This document shows positions 9,944 to 18,375 of a stretch of 64,000 bases of DNA, piece after piece (position 1 is the stretch's first letter; every line of letters begins with the position of its first letter). The stretch lies in the IMG/VR virus record IMGVR_UViG_3300035661_000037, positions 18,712 through 82,711 of that record; one strand, 5' to 3'. This DNA is from a virus. The notes beneath the pieces are model-generated. The model was not told the DNA's origin. It ran no database searches and was given only the letters and a program-made list of their open reading frames with translations. Made by a program: the position numbers and the translations under genes.

Positions 9944-11509
9944 ATGATTAGTAAATTCCCAAAAAACTTTACTCCTCGTGAGATACAAGTAAAGGCTATC
10001 ATGGCTATTGATGCTGCTGTCAAAGCCGGTAAGAAGTTTATCGTCCTCGAAGCACCTGTCGGATGCGGAAAATCACAAATCTCCATGACCGTCTCAAACT
10101 GGTCACAGGACGCATACTGCATTATGCCGCGCAAAAACCTACAAGCACAATATCAGCAGACGTTTGAGGGTGACGTGCGACTAGTTTCTGGTCGTGCTAG
10201 TCAACCATGTACCTATGGCGACCCTGTACTTAACAAGAAAGTCATACCACTAATAAAGTCTGGTGGGCATGTAGCACATCCAGAACTATCTAAGTCCTGT
10301 GCTACCGCACCATGTATGAATGTCAGACCACCGAAGCGTAAGCAGGTGTTAGACGATTGTTCGCAGTCAGGCGCTTGCCCCTATGCTACAATGCTTGAAG
10401 AAGCCTGTAAGCATGACGTGATAGTAGCTAACAACCATTCGTTTTTCTATGGAGGTGCGAACGGTAATCTACCAAAGCGCAAAGTGTTAGTAATCGACGA
10501 AGCCCATTCGTTACTGCCGATGCTTCGAGATATGATGAAGGTATCGTTTATTATTTATCGCAATGTACTTGAGACCGACTTGATAGGGTTAAAGACACCA
10601 CAACAGTTTGTGAACTGGCTGAAGTTTGATGAGCAGTTTCTCACGCTTCCAAATGACAAGAGAGAAGAGTATTTAGCTAAGTTAGAGAAATTCGAAAAAT
10701 CGGGCGAGGCTGTGTTTGGAAAGCAAGCAATTGTTAAAGTTATTCAAGACCGCTCCAAGACCACATTTGAGTTTACACCATCATATGTAGGCGGCGCAGC
10801 ACATAGTTTCTTCTTCGACTACGCTGACATTGTTGTATTGATGAGCGGAACTATTTACGATGTCGCACAGTTCTGCAACCCGCTAGGGCTAAAGTTAGAA
10901 GATGCCTCATATACTAGACTAGCTAGTGACTTCCCAGCAGCCAATAGACCTGTCGTGCGGCCACGCAATAAAACTTTAGACCTATCGCATAAGGGATGGG
11001 ATATTAACGTAGCCCAAGCCGTCGCAACGGTCAAGAGTATCATGACACACCATAAAGGTGACAAGGGACTAATTCACGCCCCTAACTATCGCCTTGCCCA
11101 ACAACTGTATACGATGCTCTACGATACAGGTAGGGTAGTTACGCACACCCCTGAGAATTTTACGCAGCAGTTGCAGATGTTTTACGCAAGCAAAGAGCCG
11201 CTAGTTCTGATTAGCCCAAGTGTACGAGAAGGAGTCGATTTTTCGCATAGTAGGGCACGTTTTCAATGTCTGATGCGACCACCTTACGCACCCGCCGATG
11301 ACCCCTATAACAAGTGGTTAATACACAATGGTCGATGGGACTTGTATTATCGTCAGGCGTTGATAGAATTTGGGCAAATTTTGGGTCGACCTGTACGCAG
11401 CAAAGAAGATTTTGGAACATCATACCTAATATCCAGCACGTTCGATAAGTTCCTAACTAAAATATGGTCACAACTCCCACAGTGGCAACGCGACGCATTT
11501 GTTGCTTGA
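9944..11509 (+). CDS. DinG/XPD-family helicase
   Basis: Q motif PREIQ, APVGCGKS, Cys cluster ending CPY, IDEAH, MSGT, EGVDF, QILGRPVRS. Confidence 0.88.
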   Translation: MISKFPKNFTPREIQVKAIMAIDAAVKAGKKFIVLEAPVGCGKSQISMTVSNWSQDAYCIMPRKNLQAQYQQTFEGDVRLVSGRASQPCTYGDPVLNKKVIPLIKSGGHVAHPELSKSCATAPCMNVRPPKRKQVLDDCSQSGACPYATMLEEACKHDVIVANNHSFFYGGANGNLPKRKVLVIDEAHSLLPMLRDMMKVSFIIYRNVLETDLIGLKTPQQFVNWLKFDEQFLTLPNDKREEYLAKLEKFEKSGEAVFGKQAIVKVIQDRSKTTFEFTPSYVGGAAHSFFFDYADIVVLMSGTIYDVAQFCNPLGLKLEDASYTRLASDFPAANRPVVRPRNKTLDLSHKGWDINVAQAVATVKSIMTHHKGDKGLIHAPNYRLAQQLYTMLYDTGRVVTHTPENFTQQLQMFYASKEPLVLISPSVREGVDFSHSRARFQCLMRPPYAPADDPYNKWLIHNGRWDLYYRQALIEFGQILGRPVRSKEDFGTSYLISSTFDKFLTKIWSQLPQWQRDAFVA

Positions 11510-11547
11510 TATTTTCTATGGTTCGTGTATAATGGTTGAACTTAATT
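11506..11547 (+). promoter_or_regulatory. early-class promoter with GAACT motif
   Basis: TTGATA-16-TATAAT-ggtt-GAACTTAATT. Confidence 0.7.
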
Positions 11548-11569
11548 AAGGATAGATTAGGGGAATACG

Positions 11570-11824
11570 ATGATTAAAACTACAGGGAAAGCGTTAAAAT
11601 TATTTTTTGCAGAGCGTAGTTATTGGGTTCACGAAGACCTTAAAGTATCTATAAATGGTTCTAAAACTCATGGCAACTACCATAACGTATCCGATGATGA
11701 TGAGTTGGTAATACGAGGAGGTTTTGTTTTTAGAGGAGACCATTCTGCAATCAATACTGATTTTGAAAAGCAATATAGGACTTGGCGTATCCGTAGATAC
11801 CTACAGCGCGTGCAGAGCGTTTAA
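11570..11824 (+). CDS. hypothetical protein
   Basis: ORF downstream of promoter and RBS. Confidence 0.6.
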   Translation: MIKTTGKALKLFFAERSYWVHEDLKVSINGSKTHGNYHNVSDDDELVIRGGFVFRGDHSAINTDFEKQYRTWRIRRYLQRVQSV

Positions 11825-12055
11825 ATGAGTCAAACCAGACACATCTGCGCCAATAAAACATACTACTACAACGGCTGGGATTTCGAGTATCTATACTACG
11901 GAGGTCCGTGGCCATTGAAGAAAGACGGCGACCCTCGTAAATGTTGCGGTGAGAAGTTTTGGAAAGACATTTATGGGTTCTTAAAGTTGTCTGATGAAGA
12001 TAAGAAACAATATCAGACTGGTGAAGGTTGTATTCGGTTCTTAAGAAGTGTATAA
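11825..12055 (+). CDS. hypothetical protein
   Basis: ORF abutting the previous gene; GPWPLKKDGDP. Confidence 0.6.
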   Translation: MSQTRHICANKTYYYNGWDFEYLYYGGPWPLKKDGDPRKCCGEKFWKDIYGFLKLSDEDKKQYQTGEGCIRFLRSV

Positions 12056-12070
12056 TGGTTGAACTTAATT
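12028..12070 (+). promoter_or_regulatory. early-class promoter with GAACT motif
   Basis: TTGTAT-17-TATAAT-ggtt-GAACTTAATT. Confidence 0.7.
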
Positions 12071-12086
12071 TATAAAGAGGTGTAAA

Positions 12087-12290
12087 ATGATCCCAAAACA
12101 AGCACTAGCTAGAGGTTATACTACCGATAAGCAGGATAAAGAATTCTTAGAAAATATTATTGATTCACGAATACTTGAGGCAGCTATAACGTGGATCACA
12201 CTGGAATTTTCCCCAGAGGACCTATATGCGAAAAGTATATTAGGAGCTTGGGCAGAGAATAACGGTTACATTAAGGATGAATTAAAATGA
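12087..12290 (+). CDS. hypothetical protein
   Basis: GAGG RBS. Confidence 0.6.
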   Translation: MIPKQALARGYTTDKQDKEFLENIIDSRILEAAITWITLEFSPEDLYAKSILGAWAENNGYIKDELK

Positions 12291-12886
12291 CCCCAAAACA
12301 AGCACTAATAGATTATGAAATCTGCCTAAAATCTATCCGCAAAGCCGAAGATGATTATGCACGTATAAAGACCGTGCTGGTATCAAAGAGGATGAAAATA
12401 GAGTCGTACCTGCTCCAGCAAGGTGTGGAGTTTGAGGCACTACCACTGATTGTCGCTGAAGATCGCCCATTCCTTAACTGGAACTTAAAGCGTAAGACTG
12501 ATGCGAGTGCCATCGAGACGCATATGCAGATTGACGACACAATGATCCCTAAACTGACGGCGAGTATTAAGGAAGAAGTAGATGCTCAAAAAGCAGCATT
12601 AGAAGTAATTGAAAACTGGACACTTGCGCGGCTGAATGAGTGCGGCGTAAATAACTTCTCTACTGACTTCGGAACTGCATCGCGCATGACAGTTAAACGT
12701 TACAGCATTGCAGACAAGAAACTATTTTTAAAAGACGCGCTAAAACACGGCTACGAGTCCGATGTCACTGTGTCAGTACGCCCGAACTCTAAGCTAATGA
12801 CGACGTTAGTAGAGGAGAATGGTGAGTTACCAGCAGGTGTGTCGATGACACAGATTTATGAGGCAAGGTTCACGAAAGGTAAGTAG
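12287..12886 (+). CDS. conserved replication-module coiled-coil protein
   Basis: LNECGVNNFSTDFGT and ELPAGV motifs; lies just before the SSB-like gene. Confidence 0.65.
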   Translation: MTPKQALIDYEICLKSIRKAEDDYARIKTVLVSKRMKIESYLLQQGVEFEALPLIVAEDRPFLNWNLKRKTDASAIETHMQIDDTMIPKLTASIKEEVDAQKAALEVIENWTLARLNECGVNNFSTDFGTASRMTVKRYSIADKKLFLKDALKHGYESDVTVSVRPNSKLMTTLVEENGELPAGVSMTQIYEARFTKGK

Positions 12887-12913
12887 TTTATTAATTTTAA
12901 AGGAGAAACAAAG

Positions 12914-13888
12914 ATGTCGGATACAACAACACAAGTAGCAACCGTAAACCCAGCCGATATAGAACTGCTTAAACAGTTCGGACTGGCGGCAAACGTTCAG
13001 CAGGTGGAGAAGATCAATTCCATCTCTATCAAAGGTAGCAAATTTCGTTACTCAATTGACGGACAAGTAAAGACAGTTGAAATTGATGTTGACGGCGAAA
13101 AAATGGCATCTCCGTCGGTTAAGATGATCGTACTTAACCAGATCCCCGCACGGAGTTACGCACTATTTGAGGGTACGTATGAGGAAGGCTCAAACGCCGC
13201 CCCAGTATGCTATTCGCTAGAAGGTAAGCGTCCAGATGTAGATCAAGGAGCCAAGCCGCCAGAGGGCGCCACAAACTGCGCGACTTGTCCTAAGCGCATT
13301 GTTGGTTCGGCATTCAGTAATGGCGATGAGTCTAAGCCAACACGGGCATGTAAAGAATCTAAGCGACTGGCTGTTGTATTGGCGCAGGAACCTACACACA
13401 CACCGTTGAAGTTGCAACTCCCCGTTACATCGCTGTGGGAGGATAAATCATCCGCTGCGCAAAAAGAAGCAAATGGTTGGTTTTCATGGGATAATTTTGT
13501 AAAACACCTTGCCGCCAAAGGAGTGGCACATACCGCTATGGCGGAAGTTACCATGCGATTCGATGCAGATGCGTCAAGCCCGAAATTACAATTCAAATTT
13601 TCTGGCAGACTACCCGATGCAGCAATCCTGAAAGTCCTACCACTCGTCAATAGTGCAGAAGTCCAGAAGGTTCTTGGCCTGAATCGTGAACCCCGTGCAG
13701 CACAAACAGTCGTCGAACCCGTAGCACCCGTAGCACCCGCAGCTATTGCTGAAACTGTAGCACCAGCACCAGTTGTAGAAAAGGTAGTTGAAGTTGCAAA
13801 ACCTAAGCCAGCCAAGAAAGCCGCAGAGCCTGTAGTAGTTGCCGAAGCCTCACAGGCCGTGTCAGACCAGTTGGAAGAACCTTGGTAA
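12914..13888 (+). CDS. putative single-stranded DNA-binding/annealing protein
   Basis: ISIKGSKF, CYS..G..P, CATCP, RACK; Pro/Ala-rich linker and acidic aromatic tail DQLEEPW; upstream of primase. Confidence 0.7.
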   Translation: MSDTTTQVATVNPADIELLKQFGLAANVQQVEKINSISIKGSKFRYSIDGQVKTVEIDVDGEKMASPSVKMIVLNQIPARSYALFEGTYEEGSNAAPVCYSLEGKRPDVDQGAKPPEGATNCATCPKRIVGSAFSNGDESKPTRACKESKRLAVVLAQEPTHTPLKLQLPVTSLWEDKSSAAQKEANGWFSWDNFVKHLAAKGVAHTAMAEVTMRFDADASSPKLQFKFSGRLPDAAILKVLPLVNSAEVQKVLGLNREPRAAQTVVEPVAPVAPAAIAETVAPAPVVEKVVEVAKPKPAKKAAEPVVVAEASQAVSDQLEEPW

Positions 13889-13898
13889 AGTAGTCTAG

Positions 13899-13945
13899 TA
13901 AGTTGATATGAGGTTCGTGGTTATTTTGGACTTCGTATCAACTTA
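13899..13945 (+). terminator. 18-bp RNA hairpin after the SSB-like gene
   Basis: TAAGTTGATATGAGGTTC / GGACTTCGTATCAACTTA pairs fully, with G-U wobbles, on the + strand. Confidence 0.55.
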
Positions 13946-13969
13946 ATTGATTTCATTGAGGGATTTAAA

Positions 13970-14143
13970 ATGACAACAGACCAAAAGGTAATTGCCTGGG
14001 CATGCGCAGCGATTGTGTTCTGCGCAAGTATAATAGTCGCATATAAAGTTTACGCTATTACTATTAGTAGAGATACTTTTTTAGAATGTCTGAAAGAAAA
14101 CATAGACTCTAGTAAGTATTTACCGACCTGTCACCAACGGTAA
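13970..14143 (+). CDS. 57-aa membrane protein
   Basis: Translated by hand (MTTDQKVIAWAC...); GAGG RBS. Confidence 0.55.
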   Translation: MTTDQKVIAWACAAIVFCASIIVAYKVYAITISRDTFLECLKENIDSSKYLPTCHQR

Positions 14144-14164
14144 CAGCCCCGCGCTGCAAAAACG

Positions 14165-14197
14165 CCACTTGCCATCTAAACTAGCAAGTGGTATCCT
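14165..14197 (+). promoter_or_regulatory. primase promoter overlapped by a palindrome
   Basis: TTGCCA-17-TATCCT overlapping CCACTTGC-N11-GCAAGTGG. Confidence 0.55.
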
Positions 14198-14232
14198 CCA
14201 CGCCTTACGAAGAATAGATCGAATATAAGAAG

Positions 14233-17181
14233 ATGCTAAAATTCTTGCACGCCGTGTGGCCTGATACTGGCAATTACCTTGTAGCATATCCGCTACCAAA
14301 AGATGAGTTTGGGCAAACAAAATATGCGCAGACATCTTTTTCTAATAAAGAGCTTGCGTATAATCAGGCAATACAGTGGTCTAAAGAAGGTAAGGATTCT
14401 TACTTCGCAGTAGGCTCTGTAGATAACCTTGGGCAATTTGCAAAACGCACTGGCTCAAATATGTTATCGTTTAAGGCGTTTATCGTTGATATCGACTGCG
14501 GGCAAGATAAGTTTGATAAAGGTGATGGTTATCTAACACAGGATGATGCGTTTGAAGCGCTTAAGGTTTTCCTCGTAAAACTTAACTTACCCAAACCAAT
14601 TCTTGTAAACTCTGGCTATGGCTGGCATGTGTACTGGGCGCTAACCGAGGATATACCTTCCGAGCGCTGGGTAGCGGTTTCAAAAAAGTTTAAGCAAGTT
14701 ATCTCACATTCAGGACTAATCGCAGATAAGACACGTACCGCTGACCGCGCTAGTGTTCTACGAGTGCCTAGTACCATAAACTATAAGCGTGATACGCAAG
14801 CACCCGTAACAGTCATGAAGTGGTCAGAGCCGTGTACGTTAGAAGATTTTGTACAACCTATACAAGACTATTTTGACGCCAATAACCTAGTTGAAGCAGA
14901 ATCTCAGCAGCGTGAAGTTTTATCAGAAGATGTAGCACTTCTAAAACAGTTTGGGATCGAACAAACAATTTCTGAGTATCCGCCCGCAGACTTTCAGCTA
15001 ATACTCGAAGGCTGTCAGACGATGCAGTATGCCGCTGACAACAACGAACTGCTAAACTACGACCAGTGGTGTGCAGCATTATCAGTCGCTAATGCTTGCG
15101 AAGATTTTGAAGGTGCTGTCAAGCAGCTGTCAGAAAATCATCCTGACTATAACCAGTCAGTCGCAGAGCATAAGGCAGCAGAATTCTTACCATCAACATG
15201 TGGCAGAATGCGCGACATATTTGCTAGTTGTGCTGGTTGTGAGAGGAGTAATAACTCACCTTATGGTATCGGGTTTTCTATGCCATCAGAACATACAATC
15301 GATGGGGTGTCGAAGGCGGTTAGTATTATGCCATTTGCAGGCGCTACAGTAGCCGATGAGTTTGGGGAGTTTGCAGAACAGCCTAACGGTGTGATGGTTG
15401 ATGGCTTCGATATCGAATATCCAGCACCCTACATCCTGACTACTGGGGGGATACATGTAAAAGTGGAGGGTGACAAAAGTGATTATACACTTACAATTTG
15501 CCAGTACCCTATTAGATTTGTTGCACGTACCTCAGATTTCGCACTAGGGGAAGACGTAGCAAAATTTCAGATATTGTTTCCGCAAGATGGCTGGAGAGAT
15601 TTTACGCTCAAGTTGAGGGACACAGTTGATTCAAAAGGCGGCAAGGTATGCAGCGAACTGGCGTCACAAGGGTGTATAATACCTAGTAAAGAACAAAAGT
15701 ATATGGGAGAGTTTGTGAGCGCGTATCTACAATCTATTATTAACAAAATGGCGGCGGCTAAGAACTATGCACAGCTTGGTTGGGCTGACGATGGTAACGT
15801 ATTTGTTCTGAGCGACAAGTCAGTAAATCTTGACGGTACCCATACACTGTCTGGAATGTCGTCTACTATCGCCCCTATCTCAAAAGCCATGAAGAAGAGA
15901 GGCACTCTCGAAGATTGGTTGAAGGTTATCAACGTTTATGCCCGAGACGGCTATGAACCTTACGCATTTGGGCACTCTATAGCTTATGGAAGTCTTTTAT
16001 TCCGCTTTACCGACTATGAAGGTGCCGTGGTGTCGTTGCTAGGTAACAGCGGTTCAGGCAAGTCAACAATCCTCAAGACTATCAACAGTGTGTTTGGGCA
16101 TCCGAAAGACCTTATGCTTCAGCAGCGTGATAACGAGGTTGCCAAGTTTGTACAGATAGCAGCGATGAATAATATCGCACCTTGCTATGATGAAATATCT
16201 AATATTGAGCCGAAAGAACTGTCTGACCTGTGCTACGGCATCTCGCAAGGACGTGACAAGCGCAGGGGTGCTCAGAAAGGCGGCTTACGCGATGATGAAC
16301 TAACATGGTGCTGTATCATGCCAGTAACATCAAACCACAGTCTATATGAGCGTCTAGGAACTCTTAAATCGGATGCCAGTGCGGAGGCTATGCGCGTGTT
16401 CGAGTATCATGTACGTACTGACCTGCATCAAATGGGTAAACGGGAGTCGCAAGATACGTTTGAACCCCTGTCTGATAATTATGGTCACGCTGGTGAGATA
16501 TTCGTAACTTGGTTAATGCAGAATAAAACACATGCTAAAGAACGTGTAAAATACTGGTTTAACCGTTTTGACGAAGAGGCTAACGTGCCAAGCAACGAGC
16601 GCTACTGGTCAGCGATCGTAGGTGCGACATTGGCAGGTGCTGAAATGTCTGCGAAACTTGGTCTAAATACCTTCGATGTTGAAAAGCTATTCAAGTTTTC
16701 ATTGGAGCAAGTCGTAGTTGCCCGTGGCTCAGTCAACGATAATAAACGTTCACCATCGGCGCTATTAGTAGACTTTATGAACAGCCAGATACGCTCTACA
16801 ATCGTCTTGGGTGGGGGTACAGTCGATAAAGGTAAGGACTCCCCGTTATGGGTTAAGCAAGAGCCTAGCAATGGCTTACAGGTACGTATAGAGATCGACA
16901 AGAACGTTGCATACGTCTCACGCGCGGCAATCAGGCGGTGGATAACTGAAGGTGGTGGCGACTATTTCGGAATCAGGGCTGAGTTGATGAACAAGAAGAT
17001 ACTGCTCAGTGAGAAGACTGATAAAGTGTTGTCGGCAGGATCTCAGACACTCAAGACTGGTCAGTTACCGTGCTGGTTAATTGACCTGAACCATAGAGAG
17101 ATGAGTGGCGGCGCACAGTTGCAGGTTATTAAACTTAGGCAGACTGATGAGAAAGTAGTTGCTAATGGCGATCCGTTTTGA
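14233..17181 (+). CDS. primase-helicase (AEP/RepB-like primase fused to a DUF927 ATPase)
   Basis: VDIDCG, SGYGWHVYW, VLRVPST; QLGW, GNSGSGKST, CYDE. Confidence 0.9.
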   Translation: MLKFLHAVWPDTGNYLVAYPLPKDEFGQTKYAQTSFSNKELAYNQAIQWSKEGKDSYFAVGSVDNLGQFAKRTGSNMLSFKAFIVDIDCGQDKFDKGDGYLTQDDAFEALKVFLVKLNLPKPILVNSGYGWHVYWALTEDIPSERWVAVSKKFKQVISHSGLIADKTRTADRASVLRVPSTINYKRDTQAPVTVMKWSEPCTLEDFVQPIQDYFDANNLVEAESQQREVLSEDVALLKQFGIEQTISEYPPADFQLILEGCQTMQYAADNNELLNYDQWCAALSVANACEDFEGAVKQLSENHPDYNQSVAEHKAAEFLPSTCGRMRDIFASCAGCERSNNSPYGIGFSMPSEHTIDGVSKAVSIMPFAGATVADEFGEFAEQPNGVMVDGFDIEYPAPYILTTGGIHVKVEGDKSDYTLTICQYPIRFVARTSDFALGEDVAKFQILFPQDGWRDFTLKLRDTVDSKGGKVCSELASQGCIIPSKEQKYMGEFVSAYLQSIINKMAAAKNYAQLGWADDGNVFVLSDKSVNLDGTHTLSGMSSTIAPISKAMKKRGTLEDWLKVINVYARDGYEPYAFGHSIAYGSLLFRFTDYEGAVVSLLGNSGSGKSTILKTINSVFGHPKDLMLQQRDNEVAKFVQIAAMNNIAPCYDEISNIEPKELSDLCYGISQGRDKRRGAQKGGLRDDELTWCCIMPVTSNHSLYERLGTLKSDASAEAMRVFEYHVRTDLHQMGKRESQDTFEPLSDNYGHAGEIFVTWLMQNKTHAKERVKYWFNRFDEEANVPSNERYWSAIVGATLAGAEMSAKLGLNTFDVEKLFKFSLEQVVVARGSVNDNKRSPSALLVDFMNSQIRSTIVLGGGTVDKGKDSPLWVKQEPSNGLQVRIEIDKNVAYVSRAAIRRWITEGGGDYFGIRAELMNKKILLSEKTDKVLSAGSQTLKTGQLPCWLIDLNHREMSGGAQLQVIKLRQTDEKVVANGDPF
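17148..17181 (+). repeat. 34-bp direct repeat, left copy
   Basis: TGAGAAAGTAGTTGCTAATGGCGATCCGTTTTGA, identical to 17889-17922. Confidence 0.97.
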
Positions 17182-17922
17182 GTACATTTAAGCTAAAACA
17201 AGGCGACACCCTTGAACTGATGGCTACACTACCTGATAAGTGTGTTGATATGATTCTGTGCGACCTACCGTATGGTACAACTGCATGTAAGTGGGACACT
17301 GTGATACCATTTGAACCATTGTGGGAGCAGTATAAGCGGCTATGCAAAGGGAGTATTGTTTTATTTTCATCGCAGCCATTCACTACAGAACTCATACATT
17401 CTAATTTGGGGGGGCTATAGATACTCTTGGGTCTGGAATAAGAATTTTTCCACTAATTTTTTACACGCCTCAAGAATGCCCCTGCGTAATACCGAGGACA
17501 TTTGTATATTCGGGAAAGGTACTTACAATCCTCAAAAGACTGACGGGCACATACCCACACAATCGGCAATAGGGGCATCCAATGGCGTACTCTACCACGG
17601 AAAAAATAAGCGTAACTATGTTGGAGGAGATACCACCAGATTCCCTACAACACTTTTAGAATTTGATGCGCACGACCCAAAAAATAGACAACACCCAACC
17701 CAAAAGCCCGTACCTCTCTGCGAGTATCTTATCAAGACCTACACCAACGCAGGCGAGTGGGTGCTAGATAACACAATGGGCAGTGGTACAACTGGCGTGG
17801 CTTGCATGAATACCGGAAGGAACTTCATCGGCATCAAGCGAGACGACAAGTATTTTGAGATTGCTAAGGCACGGATAACGGAAGCAAGTGAGAAAGTAGT
17901 TGCTAATGGCGATCCGTTTTGA
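17178..17922 (+). pseudogene. beta-class N6-adenine/N4-cytosine DNA methyltransferase split by a frameshift in a G7 tract
   Basis: CDLPYG in frame 1; HPTQKP and LDNTMGSGTTG in frame 2; removing one G at 17408-17414 gives SNLGGYRYSWVWNK. Confidence 0.88.
17889..17922 (+). repeat. 34-bp direct repeat, right copy
   Basis: Identical to 17148-17181; both ORFs end in EKVVANGDPF*. Confidence 0.97.
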
Positions 17923-17965
17923 TAAGATTGAAATGTTAGTAAATTTTAGTAAAGTTTGATAGTTT

Positions 17966-18042
17966 TGCTGGTATCCCGATTAGGTAGCTCGGCATGAGCG
18001 TAAGTTTCCAAATTAGTCTATTATAGGCCATACCAGCACCCA
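17966..18042 (+). other. tRNA-sized element with an intact acceptor-like stem (possibly a decayed tRNA)
   Basis: TGCTGGTAT...ATACCAGCA followed by CCCA; interior lacks a T-loop. Confidence 0.3.
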
Positions 18043-18047
18043 TTTAA

Positions 18048-18121
18048 GACTTGTTAGCACAAGGGTAGTGCGGCGGCGTTCAAAGTCGTTTATCGCAGTT
18101 CGATTCTGTGGCTCGTCTCCA
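18048..18121 (+). tRNA. 74-nt tRNA, anticodon UCA (opal suppressor-like or pseudo-tRNA, Cys-like body)
   Basis: D-arm GCAC/GTGC; anticodon arm GCGGC-GTTCAAA-GTCGT; T-arm CGCAG-TTCGATT-CTGTG; U73 and encoded CCA; two mismatches in the acceptor stem. Confidence 0.75.
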
Positions 18122-18156
18122 ATTTTTCTGTGTAGTGTTAAGGAAGTCACCTACCA

Positions 18157-18375
18157 CTATTTACTCAAGCAAGCCCTGCGACACTCACGGTACTGCCCAC
18201 CAAGTTCCTGAACCTTCAAGATATGCCCGCCGAATGTAGCATCGGTTAGCGGAGTAGGTTCAGGGCAAGAAACAGTAGACAACGACTTATCAACACAGTC
18301 GAGCTGAGTAGGGGATTTTAGGAACCACCCCCCGCCAAAGCCCAATGCCAATGATAATAACAATATTATTTCCAT
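18157..18375 (-). CDS. o-spanin (Rz1)-like protein
   Basis: Last gene of the lysis cassette; CPEPTPLTD...YRECR; no clear lipobox. Confidence 0.55.
   Translation of the reverse strand: MEIILLLSLALGFGGGWFLKSPTQLDCVDKSLSTVSCPEPTPLTDATFGGHILKVQELGGQYRECRRACLSK

Noticed and set aside
4863-11509. Cas4-like plus DinG genes as a type IV CRISPR system
   Set aside because: No Csf/Cas5-7 genes and no array; both genes sit in a replication module
18048-18121. Genome-wide UGA recoding or selenocysteine use
   Set aside because: Genes are intact under the standard code, many end in TGA, and the tRNA lacks Sec features
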